Below, piece after piece: positions 40,374-50,296 of a stretch of 64,000 nt of DNA; positions within the stretch are counted from its first letter, which is position 1; each line of letters begins with the position of its first letter. The position numbers were made by a program, and so were the translations under genes. Origin of the DNA: an uncultured bacterium (GTDB lineage Bacteria > Patescibacteriota > Minisyncoccia > UBA6257 > 2-01-FULL-56-20); NCBI GenBank assembly GCA_963718575.1, contig OY970358.1:258172-322171 (forward strand). The letters run 5' to 3'. The notes under the pieces were generated by a model. That model saw nothing but the letters and a program-made list of their open reading frames with translations. It made no database searches and was not told where the DNA came from.

Positions 40374-43118
40374 ATGGAGCTGACCATAACCAAGCGAGAC
40401 GGCACGAAAGAACCATTTAACGCGGACAAAATCAATCGTTCCATCGAACGCGCGTGCGCGGGCCTGCAGGATCCCATCGGCATGGTCACGCAGATCGCCA
40501 CCGAGACGCGGCTCACGCTCTATGACGGCATCACGACGGAGGAAATGGACCAGGCGACGATCAACGCCGCCGTGCAGAACATAAAAGAGGACATCGAATA
40601 CGACAGAGTCGCGGTGCGATTGTTGTTGAAGACCATCTATCGAAAGGTTGTCGGCGATTATGAAGACAACCAGGAAATTCTGCGCAAGAAGCATCGTGAC
40701 GGATTCGCGGCGTGGATCACAAAAGGGATCGAAAACGGAATTCTGGATCCGCGCATGGCGGAAAAATTCGATCTCAAGGAATTGGCAGCGGCGCTCGACA
40801 TCCGCCGCGACGAATTGTTCGTGTACTCGGGCCTCGACACACTGCTCCACCGCTACGCGATCAAAGACAAGAACAACGATGCCGCAGAGACGCCGCAATA
40901 TCTTTTTATGCGCATCGCGATGGGACTCACCTTCAACGAGGCCGACCCCACGCTCTGGGCAAAGCGCTTCTATCAGAAGATGTCGCAGATGAAATACATC
41001 GCCGGCGGCTCCACGAATCTCGGCGCAGGCACCACGCGCCCGTCGCTCTCGAATTGTTTTTTGATCCAGATCGAAGATGACATGGAGCACATCGCAAAAT
41101 CGGTGGGCGACGTGATGATGCTCTCGAAGGCTTCGGGCGGCATCGGCGCAAACGTCACGAAGCTGCGCGCGACGGGTTCGCCATTGAAATCCAATAACAC
41201 TCCTTCTTCCGGTCCCACGCCATTCGCAAAAATAATAGATACCGCGATCCGCGCCGTACAGCGCGGCGGAAAGAAAAAAGGCGCGTTGTGTTTCTATATG
41301 GAAAATTGGCATATCGACTTCCCGGAATTTTTGGACTGGAAACACAATGCCGGCGACGACTATATGCGCATGCGCACCGCCGACACTGCGGCGTTCATCT
41401 CCGACGAGTTCATGAATCGCGTCGCGAATCATGACCTCTGGTATATGTTCGACCCCAAGGAGACCCAGGACCTCATCGAACTCTACGGCAAGGAATTCAG
41501 CGCCCGCTACGCACAATATATAGAGATGGCGGAAAGGGGCCAATTGCGGGTGTTTAAGAAGGTTCCGGCCGAGGAATTATACAGGCAGATGCTCACCGCC
41601 CTGCAGGCCACCGGCCACCCGTGGCTCACCTGGAAGGATCCGATGAACCTTAGGGCGCTGAACAACAACACCGGCACGATCCACATGTCGAACCTTTGCA
41701 CGGAGATCTGTCTTCCGCAGGACCGCGAGAACATCGCCGTCTGCAACCTTGCGTCATTGAATCTCGCGACCCACGTCCACAACAAGCAGATCGACTGGGA
41801 AAACCTGGAAGAGAGCATCCGCTTCGCGATCCATCAGCTCGACAACCTGATCGACATCAACGTGCTCCCCATCGCGGAGGCCACCCACTCGGACCAGGCG
41901 AACCGCGCGGTCGGACTCGGCGTGATGGGATTCTCGGACATGCTTGAACAGATCGGGCTTTCCTATGAGAGTGAACACGCGCATAACTTTGCGGACAAAG
42001 TGTTCGAGTTCGTGAGCTACGTCGCGATCGACGAAAGCGCGAACCTCGCCGCCGCGCGCGGCGCATATTCCAACTTCAAAGGTTCGGGGTGGTCAAAAGG
42101 TATGGTGCCGATCGACACGGTGAAGACCCTGGAAGAAGGCCGTGGCATGACGCTCACCGTCGCGCACGAACATCGCTATCGCGGGTTGAACTGGGATGCG
42201 CTCCGCGAGAAAGTAAAGAAGGGTATGCGCAACGCGACGCTTATGGCCACCGCGCCGAACGCGAACATCGGTCTCGTCGCGGGAACTACGCCGGGCATCG
42301 ATCCCCGCTTCGCGCAGGTCTTCTCGCGCAACAAGATCTCCGGAAAATATCTCGATCTCAATCACAATCTCGTGAACGATTTGAAGAACATGGGCATCTG
42401 GGAAAAAGTGAAGGACCGGATCATCGCCGACCAGGGAGACGTCTCCGCGATCGACGAGATCCCTCAGCACATCCGCGACATCTACAAGACATCGTTCAGC
42501 ACGTCGCCGTACGCGTTCATCGAAGTCGCCGCGCGCGCGCAGAAGTGGATGGACCAGTCGCTCTCGCGCAACATGTATCTCGAGACGCGCGACATCAACG
42601 AGATGATGGATATCTATGCGACCGCGTGGAAGAAGGGATTGAAGTCCACGTACTACCTGCACATGAAGCCGCGCCACACCGCAGAACAGTCGACGGTGCG
42701 CGTGAACAAAGCCGAGCAGATGGGCAAGCGCGGATTTGCCGCGGTGATGGAAGCCGCAGCCGAAGCGCCGGCAGTCGCGAACGAACAAGTGACCGTCGCC
42801 GAAGCCATCTCGAACGGCGAATCCATTGAGCAGCCAGTGAAGGTTGTCCAAGCGGTCGCCTCGTTCGGATTCGAACCGGAAGCGAAGGCGACGACCCCTG
42901 CCGAAATAACGCCAGCCAAGGCGGTCTCGGCAGGCCCGTTTGCCGCAGTGTCCGCAATAAAAGAAGAGTCTGCCTCCTCGGATCACATTCACACGCATAG
43001 CCCGCAGGCGCAGGCAAGACCGGAGGCTGTGCAGGCATCCGCACCCCACGCAAACGCCCCCCGCATCATGCCGCCAAGCGACCCGATGGAGCAGTTCCTC
43101 TGCGACAGCTGCCAGTAG
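40374..43118 (+). CDS. nrdA: Class I ribonucleotide reductase alpha subunit with ATP cone
   Basis: ITKRDG, SNCF, SNLCTEI, VCNLAS, KSTYYL, C-terminal CDSCQ. Confidence 0.96.
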   Translation: MELTITKRDGTKEPFNADKINRSIERACAGLQDPIGMVTQIATETRLTLYDGITTEEMDQATINAAVQNIKEDIEYDRVAVRLLLKTIYRKVVGDYEDNQEILRKKHRDGFAAWITKGIENGILDPRMAEKFDLKELAAALDIRRDELFVYSGLDTLLHRYAIKDKNNDAAETPQYLFMRIAMGLTFNEADPTLWAKRFYQKMSQMKYIAGGSTNLGAGTTRPSLSNCFLIQIEDDMEHIAKSVGDVMMLSKASGGIGANVTKLRATGSPLKSNNTPSSGPTPFAKIIDTAIRAVQRGGKKKGALCFYMENWHIDFPEFLDWKHNAGDDYMRMRTADTAAFISDEFMNRVANHDLWYMFDPKETQDLIELYGKEFSARYAQYIEMAERGQLRVFKKVPAEELYRQMLTALQATGHPWLTWKDPMNLRALNNNTGTIHMSNLCTEICLPQDRENIAVCNLASLNLATHVHNKQIDWENLEESIRFAIHQLDNLIDINVLPIAEATHSDQANRAVGLGVMGFSDMLEQIGLSYESEHAHNFADKVFEFVSYVAIDESANLAAARGAYSNFKGSGWSKGMVPIDTVKTLEEGRGMTLTVAHEHRYRGLNWDALREKVKKGMRNATLMATAPNANIGLVAGTTPGIDPRFAQVFSRNKISGKYLDLNHNLVNDLKNMGIWEKVKDRIIADQGDVSAIDEIPQHIRDIYKTSFSTSPYAFIEVAARAQKWMDQSLSRNMYLETRDINEMMDIYATAWKKGLKSTYYLHMKPRHTAEQSTVRVNKAEQMGKRGFAAVMEAAAEAPAVANEQVTVAEAISNGESIEQPVKVVQAVASFGFEPEAKATTPAEITPAKAVSAGPFAAVSAIKEESASSDHIHTHSPQAQARPEAVQASAPHANAPRIMPPSDPMEQFLCDSCQ

Positions 43119-43173
43119 CGCCCCGTCGCTTGTTTTTAAAAAAAGATTAAGATAACATAAATCAACTAAAACC

Positions 43174-44169
43174 ATGTTGATCGGCAAAGCATCCCCGGAG
43201 GATATGAACCTCCATCCAATTCAATACCAGTGGGCATACGACCTCTACCAGCAGGCGGTGCGCAACACGTGGTTCCCGCACGAGATCGCGCTCAAGGAGG
43301 ATCTGTACGACTGGGAAAAGATGACGGACGACGAGCGTCACGCGGTGAAGTTCCTGATGGCATTCTTCAATCCGGGCGAGTTGATCGTCAATCGCTCGAT
43401 CGCGCTCGGCATCTATCCGTATTTAAAATCGCCGGAGTGCCATCTCTATCTTGCAAAGCAGATGTGGGAGGAAGCGAACCACTGCGTTGCTTTTGAATAT
43501 GTATTGGAAACATTCCCGCTCGACCGATCGAACGTTTTCAATCTTCACCTCGACACGCCGTCCATGAAGGCAAAGGAGGATTACATCAACAAGTACATGC
43601 GCCGCATGACGGAAGACACGCTCGACGTCACGACGCCCGACGGCAAGAAGGATTTCATCCGCAACCTCGTGGCGACGAACATCGTGATGGAAGGCATCTG
43701 GTTCTACAGCGGCTTCATGGTGGTGCTCTCGTTCCGCCAGCGCAACCAGCTCCGCAACTTCGGTTCGATGATCAACTGGGTGATCCGCGACGAGTCGCTC
43801 CATCTCAAGTTCGGCATGAACCTCATCCAGAATATTTTGGAAGAGAACGCAGAATTGTTGACGAAAGAATTTGCCGACGAGATCAAGAATATTGTCGTCG
43901 AAGGCGTGAACCTTGAGGTTGATTACAACCGCGATCTTTTCCCGCGCGGCATCCTCGGCTTGAACGCAGATTACGTGAATCAATACGTGCAATACGTCGC
44001 GGACCGCCGCCTCGAAGAACTCGGCATCGGCGCGCACTATGGCGCAAAGAACCCGGCCAAGTGGATGGCAGGCGCAACCGACGTACTTGAGCTCGTAAAC
44101 TTCTTTGAAGCGCAAAACACATCGTACGAAGTGGACGGCCACGCCGCTGACAAAAAGAAGGCAGAATAA
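43174..44169 (+). CDS. nrdB: Class I RNR beta subunit with class Ic signature
   Basis: FFNPGE (Glu ligand), EEANHCVAF (Phe at the radical Tyr site), EGIWFYSGF, RDESLH, NFFE....Y. Confidence 0.93.
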   Translation: MLIGKASPEDMNLHPIQYQWAYDLYQQAVRNTWFPHEIALKEDLYDWEKMTDDERHAVKFLMAFFNPGELIVNRSIALGIYPYLKSPECHLYLAKQMWEEANHCVAFEYVLETFPLDRSNVFNLHLDTPSMKAKEDYINKYMRRMTEDTLDVTTPDGKKDFIRNLVATNIVMEGIWFYSGFMVVLSFRQRNQLRNFGSMINWVIRDESLHLKFGMNLIQNILEENAELLTKEFADEIKNIVVEGVNLEVDYNRDLFPRGILGLNADYVNQYVQYVADRRLEELGIGAHYGAKNPAKWMAGATDVLELVNFFEAQNTSYEVDGHAADKKKAE

Positions 44170-44246
44170 GGAAACGAAAAAGGATGTGCTTCTCGACCCA
44201 AGTGAGCGGACTCAACGGTCTTCGAAGCACATCCTTTTTCATTTCC
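44170..44246 (+). terminator. Long hairpin after nrdB
   Basis: 17-bp stem GAAAAAGGATGTGCTTC/GAAGCACATCCTTTTTC with inner stems. Confidence 0.6.
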
Positions 44247-44291
44247 ATTCCTTCTTTTTATCGGCAGTCGAGGTGTATAATATAAGAATCC

Positions 44292-44927
44292 ATGAATTTG
44301 AAGACTGTTCTCGTCACCCTTTGCTGCGTCGCGGTCGCGCTCGGCCTCGTCACGTTCTACGTGGTGTTTTATAGCGGCGGCGGAACATATGTGGTGAGCT
44401 CGGCGCTCGGGCCCGATGCGGGGATTTTTGCGACGAGCACTCCCCCGCCGGCGACAGCGGACTCCACCCCGTCATCCACGCTTGCGCTCGCATCATCCTC
44501 CGCCAGTTCCACCACCTCATCGACACTGCCTTCAACACAGATCGGCGCGGCCCCCGTCGCGTGGACACAGGGCAATGAAACTCTTTCCGTCACCGATGCT
44601 ACGGTCTCCGGTTCCCAATTGACGCTTGGCGTGCAAGTGGCGATGGGTTCCGTCTCGGAATGCGTGCCGCTCAATATGCGGATGATCGCAGATGAGCAAG
44701 GCGATCTTTCCCCGCCCATCACGCCGCAATTCACCTTCCCCGACACCGGCACATGCAACGGTACGCCAGGCGAAACATACAGTGCGCAACCGATCGTCTT
44801 CACCCTTGATACTCCCGTCACGTTCCCCATCATCCTCACGACCGGCGGCACCGCGAATGTTTTATTCGAAGTCGTTCAGAACTCCGACGGGAGCTTGACC
44901 GTGCAGCTACCGCCAAACTCGGATTAA
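44292..44927 (+). CDS. Hypothetical membrane-anchored Ser/Thr-rich protein
   Basis: N-terminal TM, low-complexity linker, beta domain. Confidence 0.7.
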   Translation: MNLKTVLVTLCCVAVALGLVTFYVVFYSGGGTYVVSSALGPDAGIFATSTPPPATADSTPSSTLALASSSASSTTSSTLPSTQIGAAPVAWTQGNETLSVTDATVSGSQLTLGVQVAMGSVSECVPLNMRMIADEQGDLSPPITPQFTFPDTGTCNGTPGETYSAQPIVFTLDTPVTFPIILTTGGTANVLFEVVQNSDGSLTVQLPPNSD

Positions 44928-46521
44928 AAATAATCAAAGCGTGCACCATTGAAAATATTCCCCTGTCTGCTACAATAGTATGCGTATTCCGCGATAGCTC
45001 AATGGTAGAGCGGCGCCCTGTTAAGGCGATGGTTCCAGGTTCGAGTCCTGGTCGCGGAGCCAAGTTGGATGATAGTGCTAAATCGAGCACTGCATCGAAT
45101 GGTTTACGTAAGGAATACTTGAGTTTTCTGTCGGTTACCGATAGGTTCGATAGTACGAAATTGATAATTGCGTGTTTTTCGCTTACTTCCGAACCTTCAA
45201 AGATGATGCGGATGCGGCGGCATAGATTTATTACCGTAGATACGTGGATGTGGTACTCGTGATCTGCTTTCGTATGCTCGTCGAGTTCGAGATTGAGCCG
45301 GTACTGTCGATCCTTGAGATCTTGCAGCTTTTTGTCATACTCGTCTTTGGTAATACTCGTGCCGTCGAGGTAAAGATCGGTCAGCCGGTCGATCCGGCGC
45401 TGGGTTTGGTCAAACTCGGCCCGCACCCTCGTAAGCTCGCGGTTGCGGAACTCAATCTCGGCCTCGTTTGATTTGCGAAGCTCCTCGACCAGCCGTTCCT
45501 GCACGTCGCGGGATATGCCCTCGAAGGCCTTAAAGAGCTCGTAGATGGGCTCAAGAAGGATGCGCTCGGACACGTACACGCGCTTGCAGTTCCCTTTGCC
45601 GTTCGTGCAGGCATACGTGACATACTTTCCCTTTTTGAGCTCGGGCGTATAAAGGCAACCACATTTCGGGCAGCGGATGAGGCCCTTGAAAATACGATCG
45701 GCCGAAACCATCTTCGCTGGCATTTTATTCTTCATCAGCAGAATTGCTTGGCACTTTTCGAAAAGCTCGCGCGTAATGAGGTGTGGGTAACGATGGGCAA
45801 ACAGCATATCGTATTTTTTTGAATATGCCATGCCGTGATAGAAATGATCCTTGAGGATTGCCTCGATGTTGCTGCGCGAGAGCGGCTTACCATCCTTGCT
45901 ACGCAATCCGAGCTTGGTCATCTGCTGCCAAAGTGTCGTGATCGAATAATTGCCGCTCGCGTAGAGCTCAAAGAGGCGCACAATGAGATGCGCTCGCTCG
46001 GGATCGGGTTCGATGTCTTTTTTGCCATCTTCCCGTGTAACATTGACATATCCGATGATGGCTCTGCCGTTTACTTCTCCACTCCGGCGACGTTGTTCGT
46101 TCTTGCGCTTCACGTTATCGCCCAGCTGCAATACGTAGCTCCGCGCAAACATCACACCCATATCCCAGCGAATGAGGTCAGCGCTGTTCGAGTTTTTATT
46201 GATCACGAGGTTCTCTCGGTAAAAGTGGATCTCGAGTTTGCCCTGCTTTCGTAGTTCGTCCAAGACGACGGAGTCGCGGAAACTGCGCTGGAGCCGGTCG
46301 ATCGTATCTACGATGAGCGCGACGGGTTCTTTCGATTGCTCGATGTCGTGGATGACCTGCTGAAACCGCTTGCGATCTCCTCGCGTCGACGACTCTTCAA
46401 TCTCGTAGGTCTTCCATACCTCAAGCTGTTTGTTCTTGATGTAATCCCCGAGACGTGTCAGCTGGGCTTCGTTGGAGTCCTGTTTTTCATCTGATACCCG
46501 GGCGAGAATAATTGCTTTCAT
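44836..46521 (-). CDS. Large serine recombinase/integrase; last 72 codons read through the antisense tRNA
   Basis: ARVS catalytic motif, DRLQR, GY, recombinase domain, CPKCG...YAC zinc ribbon, coiled coil. Confidence 0.92.
   Translation of the reverse strand: MKAIILARVSDEKQDSNEAQLTRLGDYIKNKQLEVWKTYEIEESSTRGDRKRFQQVIHDIEQSKEPVALIVDTIDRLQRSFRDSVVLDELRKQGKLEIHFYRENLVINKNSNSADLIRWDMGVMFARSYVLQLGDNVKRKNEQRRRSGEVNGRAIIGYVNVTREDGKKDIEPDPERAHLIVRLFELYASGNYSITTLWQQMTKLGLRSKDGKPLSRSNIEAILKDHFYHGMAYSKKYDMLFAHRYPHLITRELFEKCQAILLMKNKMPAKMVSADRIFKGLIRCPKCGCLYTPELKKGKYVTYACTNGKGNCKRVYVSERILLEPIYELFKAFEGISRDVQERLVEELRKSNEAEIEFRNRELTRVRAEFDQTQRRIDRLTDLYLDGTSITKDEYDKKLQDLKDRQYRLNLELDEHTKADHEYHIHVSTVINLCRRIRIIFEGSEVSEKHAIINFVLSNLSVTDRKLKYSLRKPFDAVLDLALSSNLAPRPGLEPGTIALTGRRSTIELSRNTHTIVADRGIFSMVHALIIFNPSLAVAARSSSRRSSERLRIKHSRCRRS
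44949..44976 (+). promoter_or_regulatory. tRNA promoter TTGAAA-N16-TACAAT (extended -10)
   Basis: Directly upstream of the tRNA. Confidence 0.6.
44988..45062 (+). tRNA. tRNA-Asn (GTT)
   Basis: Acceptor TCCGCGA/TCGCGGA, D-arm AGCTCAATGGTAGAGC, loop CT-GTT-AA, T-arm GGTTCGAGTCC, 3' GCCA. Confidence 0.96.
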
Positions 46522-46523
46522 GA

Positions 46524-46706
46524 TTACTTGGTCCTCGTTTTTTTAAGAAAGCGATCGAACTCGGCCTTTTCGACGCGAAACTCTTTTCCTATCTTGTGCG
46601 CCGCAAGCCGCTTCGCTTTTATATAGCGGTAAATCGTCATGATGTTCACGCGAAGCGCGGCGGCGAGTTCCTCTGCGGTATAGAACTGTTTGTGGTTTTT
46701 AGTCAT
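46524..46706 (-). CDS. Excisionase-like helix-turn-helix protein
   Basis: FYT.EELA..LRV...TIYR.I....L.A.KIG..FR. Confidence 0.88.
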   Translation of the reverse strand: MTKNHKQFYTAEELAAALRVNIMTIYRYIKAKRLAAHKIGKEFRVEKAEFDRFLKKTRTK

Positions 46707-46776
46707 GGTGTTGTTATTATCATACTTTACATTGGTTTACATAGCAAGCTGGCACTTTATGCTTGTTTTATTGCGC

Positions 46777-47928
46777 TCACGGCCCGCTTAAGGTGTTCCG
46801 AAGGTCTTTATTCGGCTTGTTCTTCGCTCGGTTCTGAATGCGAAATGGCTGGTATTGCACAATCGAGGACTTCACTTGATCGTACCAATCGCGAGGTTTG
46901 ATCGCTCCGAGATCTGCCGCAACACGTTTCAAATCTGCAACGAGACGATACCATGTGCGGCTGTTCATCTTGCGTCCGAAGGCACTGCGAAGCTCTCTCA
47001 TGCCCTTACCGTCACGGGCTGTGATAATAAGGCCCGTGAGATAAAGCGCGTGGTTCGGCTTGGTCTTCTTGCGTGAGAGGATTACCTGCCGGAGCAAATC
47101 CTTTGGAGTAAGCGCGTGAGCAAAGAGCAGCACGCTATTCCCCTCAATCATCGTATTCCAGTAGTGCGTCATAACCTTCACGCTCCGCTCTTCAGAAAAA
47201 ACATCACGGAACGTCGGGTTTTGCCCAAGACCAAGAGTGTCGAACACTGCGTTCATTTTTTTCTTCTGACTCAACCTCACTTCGAAGCGAACTATCTCTT
47301 TTCGCTTTTCGAGCGAAGGAAAGAGTGCAAGCTGTTTTTTAGTTTGATCGCGGTCGACTGCTTTCCGGCCCCGCACGAGATCGGCTATTTTGTCGTAAAC
47401 GACGAACGCATGCGCGAATGTGTGGGCGTGTAAGCTCTGTCCGTCATTTTGATACCGCTCTCGCGCGAGATCAAAACGCTTATTGAGGTCGATTTTTCCC
47501 AACTCGCTAATGACGTACTGGGCCGTGTAGCCATTTCGCAAATCAATGTTTCGCGAGTAGTGAACGGCGGTCACGGTTGCATTGGAGAGGTCACGCACGG
47601 AAACGTAAGCAGACATTCGATCCATACGATCCTTGAGTGCCGCAACGACGTCATTGAATTGCGATGCCTCGAGCTCGTCGAGATTATTTCCGTAGATAAG
47701 TTTTGGTGCGGAAAACTCGATGCGGATTGTCGATCCCTCAAACCGGCGGCGGTAGCCGGTCAAGCGCGGAAAATACAATCCAGTTTTTTCATCCGCTGCC
47801 GTAGCGTTGTGAACATACTTGTCGTATGCCCCCGTACGCGCCTGAAGATCCCATGTCTTACCACCATTGGCTACCGGGCCCAAAATAACTTTTTCTCGCG
47901 GGATTGAAAGAATGATGGTGTCAATCAT
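46777..47928 (-). CDS. Putative replication initiator (phage/plasmid gene II/X or Rep_trans-like)
   Basis: MIDT start, IEFSAPKL.YG.N, H...N, YDK, RFEVRL. Confidence 0.65.
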   Translation of the reverse strand: MIDTIILSIPREKVILGPVANGGKTWDLQARTGAYDKYVHNATAADEKTGLYFPRLTGYRRRFEGSTIRIEFSAPKLIYGNNLDELEASQFNDVVAALKDRMDRMSAYVSVRDLSNATVTAVHYSRNIDLRNGYTAQYVISELGKIDLNKRFDLARERYQNDGQSLHAHTFAHAFVVYDKIADLVRGRKAVDRDQTKKQLALFPSLEKRKEIVRFEVRLSQKKKMNAVFDTLGLGQNPTFRDVFSEERSVKVMTHYWNTMIEGNSVLLFAHALTPKDLLRQVILSRKKTKPNHALYLTGLIITARDGKGMRELRSAFGRKMNSRTWYRLVADLKRVAADLGAIKPRDWYDQVKSSIVQYQPFRIQNRAKNKPNKDLRNTLSGP

Positions 47929-48124
47929 GGTTTTGGGGGTTTTGGGACGCGACATTTTTATCATCATTTTGGGCGTTAAGCCGTCGATCAATTTTTAGTA
48001 AGAGATCGAAAAGGCCCACGATGTTACGGCGCGACTCGGGATCATCAAAAACGGCCCCGCTATTGATCTCTGCCGACGAGGTATCTGGCTTTTTTATTGA
48101 GTTGTGTTTATTTTGACCAGACAT
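47921..48124 (-). CDS. Small hypothetical protein coupled to rep
   Basis: NIVGLFDLLLKIDRR helix; stop overlaps the rep start. Confidence 0.6.
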   Translation of the reverse strand: MSGQNKHNSIKKPDTSSAEINSGAVFDDPESRRNIVGLFDLLLKIDRRLNAQNDDKNVASQNPQNHD

Positions 48125-48179
48125 AAAAATAACCCGATGCAATCAGGTTATTCGATGACTGGTTTAAGACCGCTTACTC

Positions 48180-49439
48180 CTATCTTAAATACTTTGGGTT
48201 GATGCGAACTGATTGAGCTGTCGTCAGTAATAAATCCTGTAGGCCAGTATCCCGAATGATTTTCTGCTTAACTTGATAGGCAGCGTTGTAGAACTTTTTA
48301 TCGTCAAACCTTGCGGCATAGTCGTATTTTTCAGCGATTGCGGAATAAAACCACTCCTGCCCAATCTGTGCAGGATCTTCAAAAATTATTCGCAGGAGAT
48401 GATACTGGTCGCTGTTTTTTCGGATCTTCACGATCTTATCGCTTACCGAAAGAACTGCTTTTACATGGTCAAAGCTTAAGTTTGCCTTAAATGGCTCCGT
48501 GCTCTCATTCGTCTGGGTCGAGCGAATGAGGCCATTCGGCGTTATCGGCAGTTTATTAAACTTCACTTTCCAGGACCCCTCATCCGACCAGCGCATTTGA
48601 ATTGCTCCGTTCAGCTGAAGGTATTTGAGTATTTTCACGGCCTCAAACTCTCTCTCGGTTAAGATAGTGAAAGGTATGTTGATGGTGTCGCCAATAAGGG
48701 TTTGTTTGCTGATATAGCGGTAAAAACTTTCGATCTGCTTCGTAAAATACTGACGCTTCTCTTGGTATAGCGACTGCTCGGAAACAAACTCATCTTTTTC
48801 GAACTTTTCGAGGAAGGAAGCTATTTCTTTTTCGATCGCACGGATACCTTTTTCGTCATACGCGACCCTTATCAAAATATGGCCCGGCAGATGCACGACG
48901 ATGGGTTGCATCGCTCGAAAGTACCCGTGCTCATCGTTAGGAAAGAAAACGCTTCTATCGCCAAAACGCAGTATCTCTTTGTATTTTTCGGGCTGCTTCT
49001 CTGCTTCAGCTTGCCGTCGACCTTGCTCTTGCCTTTCCAAGAAGCAAACGTGTTCAACGGCTTCGGTAAAATAAGGGGCTTCCTCTTTGGCGCGGTCTTG
49101 CCCGATTTTAGCGACTTCGATGAGTAGATCCCTTAATGCCGTACTGGTGTCGTCAATCCCGACCTCCAAGATCTTACCCAGCTTCAGATCTTCAAATAAA
49201 AACGTGGCCTGTTCCAAGACCATGTCGGGTACGGAATAAAAATCATTGGTATCGTAGACCTCGTTTTTGATGTCATCAATGTCCCAGTAATTGCCCTTAA
49301 AGAACTCCCCGAAATTGAGTTGTGTTTTCCCTTCCTTGTAGGCCTCAAGAAAAATGAGGATAAACAAAAGATCCAAGTCCTTATTGATGTAATCGAAGGG
49401 GGTATGATACGGCCCGCTTTCGTCTTCAATGTAGGTCAT
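48180..49439 (-). CDS. Hypothetical protein, possible C-terminal winged-helix domain
   Basis: 419-aa ORF; C-terminal LL.IIF...FYNAAYQV..KI...VRINPKY. Confidence 0.7.
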   Translation of the reverse strand: MTYIEDESGPYHTPFDYINKDLDLLFILIFLEAYKEGKTQLNFGEFFKGNYWDIDDIKNEVYDTNDFYSVPDMVLEQATFLFEDLKLGKILEVGIDDTSTALRDLLIEVAKIGQDRAKEEAPYFTEAVEHVCFLERQEQGRRQAEAEKQPEKYKEILRFGDRSVFFPNDEHGYFRAMQPIVVHLPGHILIRVAYDEKGIRAIEKEIASFLEKFEKDEFVSEQSLYQEKRQYFTKQIESFYRYISKQTLIGDTINIPFTILTEREFEAVKILKYLQLNGAIQMRWSDEGSWKVKFNKLPITPNGLIRSTQTNESTEPFKANLSFDHVKAVLSVSDKIVKIRKNSDQYHLLRIIFEDPAQIGQEWFYSAIAEKYDYAARFDDKKFYNAAYQVKQKIIRDTGLQDLLLTTAQSVRINPKYLR

Positions 49440-49498
49440 TGTTTTATGGCTGCCAATTTTTCTTTACTTTAGTTTACATTTATCGGAAACTAAGAACA

Positions 49499-50200
49499 AT
49501 GCTCAACCTCAAGAAGCTGGAGGATATAGCATATCTCGCATTCAAAAACGCCCTTCGTTTGCACAAAGACGCTATAACTTTATATAAGGCCCGGAGCTAT
49601 CCCTCGGCTTTTTACCTGTCCGTTTTGGCGCAGGAGGAAATAGGCAAAATGCACATCGTTAGCGACTTCGTTTTTTATACTCGCACAGGCGAGCCACGGA
49701 AAAATATAATCGGCATAGAAAAGTTTGAGGAGGAATGGCTCGGCGTGCTTTATAAACATCCTCGCAAACAATATGCGTTCATTCGGAATAGCCCGCTTCA
49801 CGATGGCCTATTATTTCGCAACGGCAAGCTGGCCGTTCGGAAAATAGCGCAAGAAGCATCGGATGGAACATTTGAACTGAAGAAGCAAGAAGCCGTCTAT
49901 GTTGGGCTAAAAAGAAGCAGAGGCAAAATCGACTCGAAGGGCAAAATCAGCCATCCTTTCAAATTAAGCAAGAAAACAGCTCAAGATCAGATAACGAAAA
50001 TAAACGACTATTTTTTGGTAATGGGCATGGGCATCAAGTGCGGTTCGTATTCACTGGATGATCCGTCCATAGAAAACGAACTTAAAAGCAAGCGTTTTTT
50101 AGCAGCTTTATTTTCTCGTTGGCCCCATCAAAGTGGCTCTGCTATCCGACAAGTGCGAAGCATGCAAAAATTGTTGCGCGGAAAGGTTATACCTGTGTAA
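49499..50200 (+). CDS. AbiV-family abortive infection protein
   Basis: NA.RL..DA..L....YPSA..LS.LA.EE.GK, H..KQ, KQ.A.YV. Confidence 0.82.
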   Translation: MLNLKKLEDIAYLAFKNALRLHKDAITLYKARSYPSAFYLSVLAQEEIGKMHIVSDFVFYTRTGEPRKNIIGIEKFEEEWLGVLYKHPRKQYAFIRNSPLHDGLLFRNGKLAVRKIAQEASDGTFELKKQEAVYVGLKRSRGKIDSKGKISHPFKLSKKTAQDQITKINDYFLVMGMGIKCGSYSLDDPSIENELKSKRFLAALFSRWPHQSGSAIRQVRSMQKLLRGKVIPV

Positions 50201-50248
50201 GCGAGACAAAAAGCAAAGAGTTTTAATTCCAAGACCCGAAAATAGAAG

Positions 50249-50276
50249 AATGCCCGCTGGTTTCCCAACGGGCATT
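50249..50276. terminator. Terminator hairpin between convergent genes
   Basis: AATGCCCG...CGGGCATT. Confidence 0.65.
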
Positions 50277-50296
50277 AAAAGTTGTGACGTTCCGCG

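Noticed and set aside
50174-50183. GCGCGGAA at the end of abiV as the right att site
   Set aside because: Shorter match to the tRNA end, lies inside the abiV coding sequence, and gives no convincing integrase tail
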